Below are positions 30,468 through 40,760 of a DNA stretch of 64,000 nucleotides, one piece after another. This DNA comes from Parcubacteria bacterium C7867-005. Its GTDB lineage: Bacteria; Patescibacteriota; Minisyncoccia; Phycocordibacterales; Zambryskibacteraceae. The stretch lies in assembly GCA_001189165.1 (NCBI GenBank), contig LFCO01000003.1, positions 50,769-114,768 on the forward strand, read 5' to 3'. A program made the translations under genes and the position numbers. The stretch's first letter is position 1. The number at the start of each line of letters is the position of its first letter. Under the pieces are notes generated by a model. The model was given only the letters and a program-made list of their open reading frames with translations, did not search any database and was not told the DNA's origin.

Positions 30468-31697
30468 TTATTTTATAGCTTCTTTTAGGTCTTCTATTTT
30501 TACTCTTTTTTGTTCTCCAGTATCTCGATCACGAACAGTCACTGTATCCAAAAGTTCTGGATTCTCGCCGAGAGTGTCGAAGTCGATAGTGATGCAGTAC
30601 GGAGTGCCTATCTCATCTTGTCTTCTATACCTCTTACCAATGTTGCCGTTGTCGTCCCAAGCAATCCACTGGTTAAATTCTTTCTGTAACTTTGCCCTTA
30701 TCTCCTTTGCTTTCTTTACCAACTCTGGTTTGTTTTTCAGGAGCGGAAAGACCGCGGCCTTAAGCGGTGCGATTTCCTTAGGTAATTTCAGATACATCCT
30801 CGATTCTCCACCAAGATCATCTTCTCTGTACGCAGACAGCAGTATCGCGAGGATCGTCCTGTCTACCCCCAGAGATGGCTCGATCACATGAGGGACAAAT
30901 CTCTCCCCAGTTTCTTCATCAAAATACGAGAGGTCTACTGTGCTCGAAGCAGAATGAGCAGAGAGGTCAAAGTCTGTTCTGTATGCGAGGCCCCAAAGCT
31001 CCTTACGGCCAAACGGATAATCGAACTCGAAGTCAATCGTACGTTTACTATAGTGGGCACGGTCACCATCCCCCACTTCTAATTCATACACCTCTTCTAT
31101 GCCGACTGCCTTTGCAAAATCTTTCATCTTATTTCTCCATTCTTCAAAAGATTTCTCCCAATCCTTCTCCCTTATAAAATATTCTACTTCCATCTGCTCG
31201 AACTCTCTTTGTCTAAATATAAAATCTCTTGGAGATATTTCATTCCTAAATGCTTTACCGATCTGGGCAATGCCGAAAGGAAGTTTTGGATGATGGGAAT
31301 CAATAATATTCTTGAAATTCACAAATATACCCTGAGCTGTCTCTGGTCGTAAATAACTAGTTACAGCTGATTCACCGGCACCTACTGATGTCTGGAACAT
31401 CACATTAAACTTCTCACCACTTTCTAGTGGGTCTGCAAATCCAGCCACATGACCGCTCGCTTCCCATACTTTGGGGTTCATGATGATCGCCGCATCAAGG
31501 CCATACATGTCATCTCTCTCATCCCTGAACATTTGGAGCCAGACTTTTTTCAAATTCTCTTTCAACAGAACTCCCATAGGACCATAGTCAAAGCTTCCTG
31601 CAAGGCCACCATACACAAGAGACCCTGGGTATATAAACCCTCTACCCTTGGCAAGAGATATCACTTTTTCCATCAATTCTGGGTTTTTGTCTTTCAT
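30468..31697 (-). CDS. glyQS: Glycine--tRNA ligase (homodimeric alpha2 type)
   Basis: YLRPETAQGIF, AQIGKAFRNEI, REFEQME, PHVIEPSLG.DR, IGKRYRRQDEIGTP. Confidence 0.95.
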   Translation of the reverse strand: MKDKNPELMEKVISLAKGRGFIYPGSLVYGGLAGSFDYGPMGVLLKENLKKVWLQMFRDERDDMYGLDAAIIMNPKVWEASGHVAGFADPLESGEKFNVMFQTSVGAGESAVTSYLRPETAQGIFVNFKNIIDSHHPKLPFGIAQIGKAFRNEISPRDFIFRQREFEQMEVEYFIREKDWEKSFEEWRNKMKDFAKAVGIEEVYELEVGDGDRAHYSKRTIDFEFDYPFGRKELWGLAYRTDFDLSAHSASSTVDLSYFDEETGERFVPHVIEPSLGVDRTILAILLSAYREDDLGGESRMYLKLPKEIAPLKAAVFPLLKNKPELVKKAKEIRAKLQKEFNQWIAWDDNGNIGKRYRRQDEIGTPYCITIDFDTLGENPELLDTVTVRDRDTGEQKRVKIEDLKEAIK

Positions 31698-31723
31698 TCT
31701 TGGTATTTTAGCTTACCACCACA

Positions 31724-33643
31724 TCATTTAACAACCAGCTCGTCTCCTTGGACAAATGTCGGATCAGAGTTGATTCGTGTAGTGACTGAAGGAGCGTTCA
31801 CACTCATGCTCTCTGAGGTAAAGGCGTCTGTCCCAGAAAAAGAAATCCCCTGCACCAGGATTGGTGTCGTACCAATCTGACCGATGGATGGAGTCAGAGA
31901 GATTTTAAAAGAAATCTCTCTACCTGGAGCAGAAAACCCTGTGCCAGACAAAAGAGTAGTCGCCTGCCAAGTCACTATCCTGGTTGTCTCATCAAAAGTA
32001 ATGGTTTCTGTCTCTGGACTTGTTTCTCCGAGCCACTTCACATTTGAGCCAAGGGTCGCCACTACCTTCGGATTATAAACATCATTCCTTGTGTTACCGA
32101 GATTCATCGTGATGGTATAAGTCGTCTCTGCCTCTGCCTTTGGTGGAACAGGGCCAGTGTTTTGAAATGGCCCACGAGAGTATACAGCCTTAGCAGACAG
32201 AGCTACCTCTGAGGCAATCTTCACTGAATTGTTTTTGGTGGCTACCAGGTTTAGTGATGTGTCTCTGCTCTGCGGTTCTGCACTAAAATTACTGGTGAGG
32301 GTGATTTCAGAGTTTTTCTGGCTTCCGGAAGCTGATGGTAAAGAAGCAAAACTGAACAAAACTTCCCCCTCATCGCCCGGGCCAATAGTAGAAAGTTTAC
32401 TATTACTTGTCTTGTCCCAAGTTATTGTGTTGTCTACAGAATTATAGAACCCTCCGTTTTGAGCCTTCACAGAAAATTTGTCCAGAATATTACCAGCGAG
32501 TTTGACTTGAACTTTGGCATTCTGAATATTCGACGGTAGATTGTTTTTGTAAGACACGCTAGCTTGGATACTCTTGCCACCTGGAGCAACGTACGGATTC
32601 GAAGTATCTCCATTCAACCTCACAGAGAGACCCACTGACGATCGGTTTATAGAAACAGTTTCGGATAAAGCAGTTATGGGTGTGGTGAACTTTTCTGGAT
32701 TATCACTACTGCCAAGACCTGTATAAAACCTGAAAGTTCTTTCTTCTTCATTCTCTCCAGAGATAACGCCCTTGATCATCACTGTTCTTTTGTCTCCTGG
32801 GGCCAAGTCGCCCAGTGACCAGACATTGTTTGAGAGAACTGCTTTGGGCACAGACTCTACAACAGAATAACCGTATGGATATTCGCCCCTAACCAAAATA
32901 CCTTTGAGTATCTCGTTTGAATTAGATACAACAGAGATTGTGGTGGTGAAAACTTCTCCAGATGCTACCGAGGGACTCCTTTCTATGGTCATGGTCACCG
33001 GCGCTGAATTTATATTTACTTCATAAACCTTTTCTTTGGTAAAAGTTGCATTCGATCCTTTTACTTTATAGCTCAAAGATATGCGGATCTCTTTGACGTC
33101 TCCTTTTTGCCCGAACAGTATGGCCTTCTCATTTATAACTATCTCTCTTCCAGAAGATATCTCCTCTAATGGAAGTCTCTTGTCTTCCTGATTAATGTTT
33201 GAATCTTCTGCTGATCTACTACCCTCTGGATAATCTATAAACATGTTCACAGATGTAAGATCCGCGTTGTTTTTGTTCAAAATTGTTACCCCTAATTCTA
33301 TTGGGTCGCCTGCAGAAACAGACACTGGTCCAAGGATACTGATCTCCACATTTTTTGAAGAAACCAAATTACCTCCACCAAAATATACAAAAGCGGCCAG
33401 GCCTGTGGCTATCACAAAAAATATAACAGCAAAAATAAAGAATTTTCTCATAATGGGGTGGCCTTCTGTGTCTTTTTTTTGATGAAGGAGCATCTCATCG
33501 AGTTCCCTACCTTGCCAGTCTGGGGGGATATCGGTCGGTTCGTCTGGATTCATGTGCACTCGTGAATCACTCGGATCTTTGTATCTAGTGCGCGAGTAAA
33601 GAGATTCGTCGAGCGCACCAACCTTGCTCTTCTCTTCTTTCAT
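31724..33643 (-). CDS. Membrane-anchored multi-Ig-domain hypothetical protein
   Basis: One TM helix then beta-rich repeats (W.LGDLAPG); GPVPPKA..ETTYTI motif. Confidence 0.75.
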   Translation of the reverse strand: MKEEKSKVGALDESLYSRTRYKDPSDSRVHMNPDEPTDIPPDWQGRELDEMLLHQKKDTEGHPIMRKFFIFAVIFFVIATGLAAFVYFGGGNLVSSKNVEISILGPVSVSAGDPIELGVTILNKNNADLTSVNMFIDYPEGSRSAEDSNINQEDKRLPLEEISSGREIVINEKAILFGQKGDVKEIRISLSYKVKGSNATFTKEKVYEVNINSAPVTMTIERSPSVASGEVFTTTISVVSNSNEILKGILVRGEYPYGYSVVESVPKAVLSNNVWSLGDLAPGDKRTVMIKGVISGENEEERTFRFYTGLGSSDNPEKFTTPITALSETVSINRSSVGLSVRLNGDTSNPYVAPGGKSIQASVSYKNNLPSNIQNAKVQVKLAGNILDKFSVKAQNGGFYNSVDNTITWDKTSNSKLSTIGPGDEGEVLFSFASLPSASGSQKNSEITLTSNFSAEPQSRDTSLNLVATKNNSVKIASEVALSAKAVYSRGPFQNTGPVPPKAEAETTYTITMNLGNTRNDVYNPKVVATLGSNVKWLGETSPETETITFDETTRIVTWQATTLLSGTGFSAPGREISFKISLTPSIGQIGTTPILVQGISFSGTDAFTSESMSVNAPSVTTRINSDPTFVQGDELVVK

Positions 33644-33659
33644 CAGGGTATTATAGCAT

Positions 33660-34253
33660 TTATACCAATCCGGTTGTCCTAATGCCCTGGTTAATAACTT
33701 CTATTATTTTCTTTTTATTTTTAATCACAATATCAGATAATTCTTTGTTGAATTCTCCTCTAATAACTTCTTTGGGAACATCTCGCTCTGCCAAATAACC
33801 CAAGTGGTACAAGATTCTCGACACTAGAACAATCTCTATGGCCAGGGCCGTATCTGAATCCTCGGTCAGGTTCGCTGAGGTTATAAAAATATCTTCTATG
33901 GCATCAAAGAGTTCTTTGTGCTTTTCTTCTCCTTGAACGAGTTTCTCGAGCAAGAAAAGTGCCTGAAACAAAGACTTGGCCAAATCTTTGTTGGTCTTCT
34001 GAAGTGGAGAGATGCTCTTTAGTAAAAATGAGCTGGTAACTCTCCAATTAGATTTTCCTTTGATCAAGGAGATACTAGAAAGTGAGAGCGGTTCAAGCCC
34101 AGCCCTTAGCTTCGAGTTTTCCTTGCGTGTACCAGATGCCCTGGCGAATATGACGCCCAAATCCCTAGACAAAATGGTGTACAAGCCATCAGCTTCCCTG
34201 ATTGGCAAAAGTGAGAGAACGATGCCCTTGGTCGTATAGATGTTATATGACAT
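33660..34253 (-). CDS. recO: DNA repair protein RecO (short form)
   Basis: Y.TKGIVL....READ..YTILSRDLG.I.A.A.G.RK..SKLR. Confidence 0.8.
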   Translation of the reverse strand: MSYNIYTTKGIVLSLLPIREADGLYTILSRDLGVIFARASGTRKENSKLRAGLEPLSLSSISLIKGKSNWRVTSSFLLKSISPLQKTNKDLAKSLFQALFLLEKLVQGEEKHKELFDAIEDIFITSANLTEDSDTALAIEIVLVSRILYHLGYLAERDVPKEVIRGEFNKELSDIVIKNKKKIIEVINQGIRTTGLV

Positions 34254-37200
34254 TAAGAAACTATCTCTATATTGGTGAGTCCCCTAATCTCTTTTTCAAA
34301 TTTATCAAAAACGTCTTCTTCACCTGACTGTATTTGATAATCCATCTTGTCGCTTGGTTTTAGATTTCTTTCTTTTCTCAAATCTTGGATAGTTCTGACC
34401 ACATCACGCATTCTGCCTTCGAGTATGAGCTCTGGAGTAAGCTCTGTATCGAGTTCAACTCCATCTATATCCTTATTAGAGACGGATTTTACATTAACCT
34501 CTTCTTGGACTATGTCCCCGTAGGCCCCCCCTAATCTGACAAACAAAGAAGAGAGTGGTTGCCTGACCTTGATATTAGCCTTGGACCTGGCCTCTAATGC
34601 TTGGGTGACGATCTTCCTGGTCTCTTGCATATTATCCAAAACCTTAGGGTCGATCTCTCCTGCTTCTGGCCACTTATCCAGATGCACGCTCTCTGGGTCG
34701 GCTTCTAAACGCAACTTCTGATACAGATCTTCTGCAAAAAATGGAGCGAAAGGAGCAAGAAGTTTGGAAATTGTTTTCAAAACAAAATATAGATTTTGCT
34801 TGGATTCTTTATCTCCTTCTTTTAACCTATCCCTCGACCTACGCAAATACCAAGTAGACAAGTCGTCCACAAAATCCCTGAGTGCCCTGGTTGGTTCAAG
34901 TAACTTATAGGCGTCGAGCTTGCCTGTCATATCTCCTACGAGCTGATTCAGTCTGGAGAGAATCCATGTGTCGAGGGGATTATCGTTTAAAGCCGGAGCA
35001 TTCTTCTCTTCTCCTCTGTCTCTATAAAGTTCATAAAAGGTATGAATATTATCAAGAAGATTAAAAATCCTTTTAGAAACTTCATCTACAGAACGCTCAT
35101 CGAATCTCTTGGACTCCCCAGGTTGGTTCACTGAGTACATCCACATGCGCAAAGTATCAACACCATATTTATCCATCATCTCCCAAGGATCAACCACATT
35201 GCCTATCGACTTGGACATTTTCTTGCCATCTTTATCCAGAATATGTCCGAGGCAAATAACATTTTTATATGCGAGTCCCCTGTCCATGAGTACACCGATA
35301 GCATGTAGAGTGTAAAACCAACCCCTTGTTTGATCTATCGCTTCAGAAATAAAATCTGCTGGATACAGGACGTCCTTAAAATCTCCAGGGTTAACTCTGT
35401 CTAAGGCGTCTTGAGCAAATGGCACAGCCCCAGAATCGAACCATACGTCCATCACCTCTTTTACTCTCCTCATCTCTTTGCCCTCATCGCTTATCAAAAT
35501 GCATTCATCTATATAAGGTTTGTGTAGATCAACCGCAAAATTCTTGTCATGTGGCATCGGGGCAAAAGGTAAATTCCTAACCTCTGCGTTACTGAAGCGC
35601 ACAAAGTCGCTCACATAAGCGTGTGTGTTGGGCATCTTGTATTCTTTATTTTCAGGAAGATAGAGCCCGGATGTAACGTATAGAAGCCAGGCTGGACCAC
35701 CATGTGTAACGATAAGAATATTTTTATCCTTATATTTTTCTTCTATCTCATATATGAATTCACCCATCCTCCTGCGTACATCCGAGAGTGATTCTCCGCC
35801 AGGCATAGTCTGAGTGAACCAGTCACGGCCCGAAGAATACATCACCTGATGATATTCATTCCAATCTTTACCATCAAACTCGCCTGGGTCTATTTCTTGG
35901 ATTCTCTTATCTAGGACAATATTCTCTTTCGAATAACCCAGAACATCTGCGACAATGTTAGCTGTCTCCTGCGTACGAGTGAACGGCGAAGAGATAATGA
36001 GATCTATCTTCTCGGTCTTCAGTCTATTAGCAGAATCAAGTGCTTGGGCCTTACCCTCTTCGGTCAGGTGGTCATCAGCTTGTTTCTTAAAACTGACCAC
36101 CTCTTTCTTATTTCCTTCTGTACCACCGTGCCTCATCACCAAATACTTGTTCCCTGATTTTTTGATCCTCTGCCTCAATGTTTCTATAGAATCCACGACA
36201 AATCTCTCTTTCCCATCTTCTGTCTGCCAGATAGGAAGTGGTGTACCCCAATACCTCTCTCTAGAAATCGCCCAATCTTTGACTTCTCTGAGCCATTCAC
36301 CAAATCGTCCGTCTTTGGTGTGTTCGGGTTCCCAATTTATCTTTTGGTTTTCACTCACAAGCTTATCTCTAAGCTCGGACATGCGGATGTACCAAGAGTC
36401 TCTGGCGTAGTAAATCAATCTGGTTTTACATCTCCAACAAAACGGATACGAGTGTGTGTAGTTTTCTTTCTTGAAAAGTAGATTTCTGTTTTGTAAATCT
36501 TTTAAAATATCTACAGAGATATTCTCATCTACAACTGATTTACCCTCTAACCAATCAGTTCCTTTTACAAAAGTTCCATCAGGTGTAACCAGATGTTCTT
36601 TGGGTAAACCGACCTTGGTGCCCAGGTCAAAGTCTTCTTGTCCATACATGACTGCGGTATGCACGATACCTGTACCATCTTCTGTGGTGACAAAATCTGC
36701 GGTATAAACTTTGTGGACCTTGTCTGACTTATCTTTGAGGAATGGGTACGGAGGCTCATAACCCATACCAACCATTTCTTTTCCTTTGTGTTCTGCGATT
36801 ATTTCATATGGTCCATCTATTATGGACAGTCTCTCTTTGGCCAAGACGAGAATCTCCTCACCGACTTTCACCTCCACATAAATTATGTCTTCACCGACGG
36901 CAAGTGCGAGATTCCCCGGCAGGGTCCAGGGGGTGGTAGTCCAAGCCAAGAAATAAGCGTTTGGAAAACCGATAATTTTAAATTTGGCATAAATAGAAAG
37001 ATCTTTGACATCCTTATACCCCTGTGCGAGTTCATGAGAAGACAGCGCAGTACCACAACGAGGACACCACGGGACTACTTTGTAATCTTTATATAAAAGC
37101 CCTTTCTTTTCTACATGAGAGAGTATGGACCAGATCGATTCAATAAATGGGTTATGAAAAGTAAAATATGCATGACTTTGATCAGCCCAGTAACCAATAC

Positions 37201-37609
37201 GATCGGTAAACCTCCCCCATTCATCTATATACCTCAGGACGCTCTTCTTACATTCAGCATTAAATTTATCTATACCAAAGTTTTCTATTTCTTTTTTAGA
37301 TTTTAAACCCAAATTTTTCTCCGCTTCTATCTCCACAGGAAGACCGTGTGTATCCCAGCCCGCTTTTCTGCGAACATGAAAACCCTGCATTGTCTTGTAT
37401 CTGGGTATCGCATCTTTGAATGAACGGGCCTCTACGTGGTGTATAGCTGGGAGACCGTTCGCTGTTGGCGGTCCCTCATAAAATACAAAGTCACCCTTTG
37501 GAGATTCTTTCTCCAGGGTTTTCTCAAAAATCTTGTTCTTTTTCCAAAATTCAAGGACTTTTTCCTCTCGTTCTGCTCTTTGGGATTTGGGCCCTTTATC
37601 TTCAGGCAT
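34253..37609 (-). CDS. ileS: Isoleucine--tRNA ligase with inserted histidine-phosphatase domain
   Basis: FYEGPPTANG, GWDTHGLP, WTTTPWTLP, DWAISRERYWGTP, DVWFDSG, EAIDQTRGWF, KMSKS; insert with RHG and VTHGG. Confidence 0.95.
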   Translation of the reverse strand: MPEDKGPKSQRAEREEKVLEFWKKNKIFEKTLEKESPKGDFVFYEGPPTANGLPAIHHVEARSFKDAIPRYKTMQGFHVRRKAGWDTHGLPVEIEAEKNLGLKSKKEIENFGIDKFNAECKKSVLRYIDEWGRFTDRIGYWADQSHAYFTFHNPFIESIWSILSHVEKKGLLYKDYKVVPWCPRCGTALSSHELAQGYKDVKDLSIYAKFKIIGFPNAYFLAWTTTPWTLPGNLALAVGEDIIYVEVKVGEEILVLAKERLSIIDGPYEIIAEHKGKEMVGMGYEPPYPFLKDKSDKVHKVYTADFVTTEDGTGIVHTAVMYGQEDFDLGTKVGLPKEHLVTPDGTFVKGTDWLEGKSVVDENISVDILKDLQNRNLLFKKENYTHSYPFCWRCKTRLIYYARDSWYIRMSELRDKLVSENQKINWEPEHTKDGRFGEWLREVKDWAISRERYWGTPLPIWQTEDGKERFVVDSIETLRQRIKKSGNKYLVMRHGGTEGNKKEVVSFKKQADDHLTEEGKAQALDSANRLKTEKIDLIISSPFTRTQETANIVADVLGYSKENIVLDKRIQEIDPGEFDGKDWNEYHQVMYSSGRDWFTQTMPGGESLSDVRRRMGEFIYEIEEKYKDKNILIVTHGGPAWLLYVTSGLYLPENKEYKMPNTHAYVSDFVRFSNAEVRNLPFAPMPHDKNFAVDLHKPYIDECILISDEGKEMRRVKEVMDVWFDSGAVPFAQDALDRVNPGDFKDVLYPADFISEAIDQTRGWFYTLHAIGVLMDRGLAYKNVICLGHILDKDGKKMSKSIGNVVDPWEMMDKYGVDTLRMWMYSVNQPGESKRFDERSVDEVSKRIFNLLDNIHTFYELYRDRGEEKNAPALNDNPLDTWILSRLNQLVGDMTGKLDAYKLLEPTRALRDFVDDLSTWYLRRSRDRLKEGDKESKQNLYFVLKTISKLLAPFAPFFAEDLYQKLRLEADPESVHLDKWPEAGEIDPKVLDNMQETRKIVTQALEARSKANIKVRQPLSSLFVRLGGAYGDIVQEEVNVKSVSNKDIDGVELDTELTPELILEGRMRDVVRTIQDLRKERNLKPSDKMDYQIQSGEEDVFDKFEKEIRGLTNIEIVS

Positions 37610-37680
37610 TGTCAGACTACTCTAACATTTTTAAAAATTTTAAAAAAGAAGAGGACCCGCGAGGGTCCTTGTTGTTTATC

Positions 37681-38250
37681 TCACCCATTCTGGGTCATCG
37701 AAATCCATCTCCGGTGACCGCCGAGCACCTGAGCCACGACATGTTTCTTGTCGTGCTTGGACGTGTCGATGACGAGGTCGAAAGCATCCTGCTCCCAGAT
37801 CGAACCGGGATACAAATCTCGATACCTCAACTCATCGTCATCATCCCGTTTCAGGATGGCGGCGAGGACCTCGTCGAGAGACTTGCCGGGGTAATCAAGT
37901 ATCCGTCTCGTCGCCCGAACACCCGGAGGGCACACCAGGAGGATCTTGAAGGCATGTGGCATGAAGAAATGCGGCAGACGCCCATCGCAGACCACGTAGT
38001 CGTGCTCTGCGAATTTCTGGATCATCATGTCGCACACCAGGTCATGCCCATCTTCTGGGTGCTTACGGTTATGCTCTGCGAAAGCCTCGATGCTCGGAAA
38101 GCCGAGCTCTTCGGCCTTGGCCCGCATGATCGAACCACCACTGACGAAACGATATGGGAGCCTCACGAACCGCTCCCTCAGGGCGGAGACGAGGGAGGTC
38201 GATCCTACTCCAGACTGGCCGGTGATGGAGAACTGATTCAGGTGGCGCAA
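37681..38250 (-). CDS. cmk: Cytidylate kinase-like NMP kinase
   Basis: P-loop-like ITGQSGVGSTS, SGGSIMRAKA, DGRL, RD..DELRY..LY, DLVIDTS. Confidence 0.75.
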   Translation of the reverse strand: MRHLNQFSITGQSGVGSTSLVSALRERFVRLPYRFVSGGSIMRAKAEELGFPSIEAFAEHNRKHPEDGHDLVCDMMIQKFAEHDYVVCDGRLPHFFMPHAFKILLVCPPGVRATRRILDYPGKSLDEVLAAILKRDDDDELRYRDLYPGSIWEQDAFDLVIDTSKHDKKHVVAQVLGGHRRWISMTQNG

Positions 38251-38320
38251 GGCTGTATCCTCGGTCGAGTGGTTGTCTACTGTCTGAGGGTAGACTAGAT
38301 CAAAAAAACCGTCTTGTAAA

Positions 38321-39919
38321 CTACATCCTTTCAGGAGTTGGGATACCGAGTATGGTCAGACCATTCTTCATCACTGTATTAAATGCTTTGGTGACAGCGA
38401 TGAGGTATGCGGATTCTGGTTTATCAGAAAGGATCTGTTCTCTGGCATACAGGCTGTTGAAACTCCCTGCAAGTTGAGTCAGATAAGTGGTGATGTGGCT
38501 CGGTGCGAATTCATCCATCGCATTCTCTACTACTTCTGGAAATCTGTAGAGAAGTTTCTCTATCTCATAGTTTTCTTCTATCTTGATATTTGTATCGGCG
38601 GATTTATCTGCTTTTTCCAATATGGAGTTAGTTCGTGCATAAGCATATTGGAGATAGACACCAGAATCTCCTTCGGTAGAAACAGATTTTTCCAAATCAA
38701 AAATAATATCATTCCCTATCGACTGCCTGAGGATCATATATTTGATCGCTCCTATGGCCACCTCCTCTTGGGCGATGTCTCCTTTATCTGAGATAATTTT
38801 CTTAACATCTTCAATCAAATCTTCTGCGGTGATAATCGTCCCAGTTCTAGACGACATCTTTCCGGAGGGTAGCTTTAGGACACCATGAGATAAGTGCCTC
38901 AGCTTGCCATTTAATTCTGGGAAGATTTGGCTAATCGCCACTTCCACAACATTGAAGAAAGCATCCTGCTCATTCGCAGTTATGGTTATGGATTCGTCGT
39001 ATACAAATTTATTCTTTTTAATTTTAGCCAAACCGACTTCCTTAGCCTCATACGTTGGCAACTTTTCTGAGTTTAAAAAGACTCTAGTATGTAGACCGAA
39101 TTTTTCACCTTTAAAAATGATTGCTCCCTCGCTTTCTTCAAAGACCTCGCCCGCGTTTTCTAAAACTAATTTCTTTCCTATTTCCCCAGCTTCGCTCTCA
39201 TAAAAGTGGCCAGCAAATTCGCTACCTAGCCTTTTGTACATAAGCTCAAAATCATCTAGAGAATTTTGTCTGCCGGATTCATACAGAGCGTTAACCTTGC
39301 TATCTGATTTATCATAAATCTTTTTGTTGATCTCTATTATTTCTTTTTTAGCATTTTCATCATCTTCATAAGATTTGTGTCCGAAAGCATAAGCTCCAGT
39401 AAAGTCACCTGATTGTTTTAGTGCCCCCCATATAGCCTTGGCGACATGGAGTCCGACATCGCCGTGATAGGTAACGGTTTTTACATTTGCCCCATTTGCC
39501 TTGATCATCCCAGCCACAGATTCGCCGATGATATTGTTCATCATGTGACCAATATGAAATTCTTTGAATGGGTTTGGCTGTGTATGTTCAACCAAGAACT
39601 TTTTATCTTCCAGATTAGAATTTTGACCAAAATTATCTCCGGCATCAATGATCTGTTTGAGTGAGTTTAAAAAGAATTTTTTGGAGAGATAGAAATTGAT
39701 AAACCCAGGGCCGGCGATTTCTACCCTCTCTATGTCATCTGTCTTGTTTTTATCCAAATATTCAAATATCTCTTGTGCACGGGTACGACGCTTGATCCCC
39801 ACATTTGTAGAATAATCCCCCATTTTTAGGTCCGCGGGGTGCTCCACCACAAAGTCCGTATCCTGTATATCGAGCCCCCTTAAGGCCTCTTTTATCAGTA
39901 TTTCTATAGTATTTTTCAC
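38321..39919 (-). CDS. argS: Arginine--tRNA ligase (start approximate)
   Basis: GDYSTN, AGPGFINF, PNPFKEFHIGH, GKMSSRTG, YLQYAYAR..SIL, C-terminal PERM. Confidence 0.93.
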   Translation of the reverse strand: MKNTIEILIKEALRGLDIQDTDFVVEHPADLKMGDYSTNVGIKRRTRAQEIFEYLDKNKTDDIERVEIAGPGFINFYLSKKFFLNSLKQIIDAGDNFGQNSNLEDKKFLVEHTQPNPFKEFHIGHMMNNIIGESVAGMIKANGANVKTVTYHGDVGLHVAKAIWGALKQSGDFTGAYAFGHKSYEDDENAKKEIIEINKKIYDKSDSKVNALYESGRQNSLDDFELMYKRLGSEFAGHFYESEAGEIGKKLVLENAGEVFEESEGAIIFKGEKFGLHTRVFLNSEKLPTYEAKEVGLAKIKKNKFVYDESITITANEQDAFFNVVEVAISQIFPELNGKLRHLSHGVLKLPSGKMSSRTGTIITAEDLIEDVKKIISDKGDIAQEEVAIGAIKYMILRQSIGNDIIFDLEKSVSTEGDSGVYLQYAYARTNSILEKADKSADTNIKIEENYEIEKLLYRFPEVVENAMDEFAPSHITTYLTQLAGSFNSLYAREQILSDKPESAYLIAVTKAFNTVMKNGLTILGIPTPERM

Positions 39920-39992
39920 CTCCTCATGATACCCGAAAGGAGGGTGGATAGAAATATGTAAAGAAACCTGCTCGTTAGAGCAGGTTGTACAG

Positions 39993-40613
39993 CTAAGCCA
40001 GGAGCTTGTCGAGAGTCGTTCGGAAATCCTCCCAGACTTCTTCAATATCACGACTCGCGTCGATCTGGATGACTCGGGCGAATTCAGAGAACTCACCGTA
40101 GCCACGACGCACCCTCTTGTGGAACTCGAGGTCCTTATCGTCGAAGGAGTTCGTATCCGTCGACCGACGCTTCCTCCCCAGACCGATCTCCGGATCTATA
40201 TCCAGATAGACGTATATCGGGGCGACGACACCACTCATCATCTCCTCTCTCACCACTCGGAAAAGCGAGATGAGGCCGTGATGCTCTTCGCCCCAGATCT
40301 GGTAAGCGAAGGTTGAAGCATCAAAACGATCCGAGACAACATTCGCACCACGGAGAAGCGCGGGCATGATCTTCGTTTTGAGGTGATCGGCTCTCGCGGC
40401 CCAGAAGAGATGGAACTGTGCCTCTGCTGATAGATCCTTTCCTCTCTCCGAGAACAAGAGGCCCCTAATCTCCTCGGCGATCGGGGTACCACCTGGCTCT
40501 CTGGTAACAACCAGTTCAGCCCCCCCGCCGGCGTACTTTTCGTAACGCTTGAGGTGGGTGCTTTTGCCTGAACCCTCTCCGCCTTCGACCACCACAAATG
40601 ATCCACGTCGCAT
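39993..40613 (-). CDS. tmk: Thymidylate kinase
   Basis: VEGGEGSGKST, TREPGGT, DRF..ST.AYQ. Confidence 0.93.
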   Translation of the reverse strand: MRRGSFVVVEGGEGSGKSTHLKRYEKYAGGGAELVVTREPGGTPIAEEIRGLLFSERGKDLSAEAQFHLFWAARADHLKTKIMPALLRGANVVSDRFDASTFAYQIWGEEHHGLISLFRVVREEMMSGVVAPIYVYLDIDPEIGLGRKRRSTDTNSFDDKDLEFHKRVRRGYGEFSEFARVIQIDASRDIEEVWEDFRTTLDKLLA

Positions 40614-40760
40614 AAAACCCCCGCCTAGGTTTGTTTTCCAAAAACAGTCTATAAACAGAGTAGACCTCCTCCACTAAAAGGTAAACTTGACTCGCCCTCC
40701 AATATGTTTAGTATGGGCACCGGAAGCAACGCCCTTTACCACCTCAGCAGGAGTATCAAG

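Noticed and set aside
29605-30891. 428-aa plus-strand ORF
   Set aside because: Antisense shadow of the DGR target and glyQS; no recognisable motifs
37465-38298. 277-aa plus-strand ORF
   Set aside because: Antisense to cmk and the ileS start; GC-rich genes often leave the opposite frame open
39920-40105. N-terminal extension of argS in the ORF track
   Set aside because: Overlaps tmk in another frame; ArgRS similarity begins near 39919
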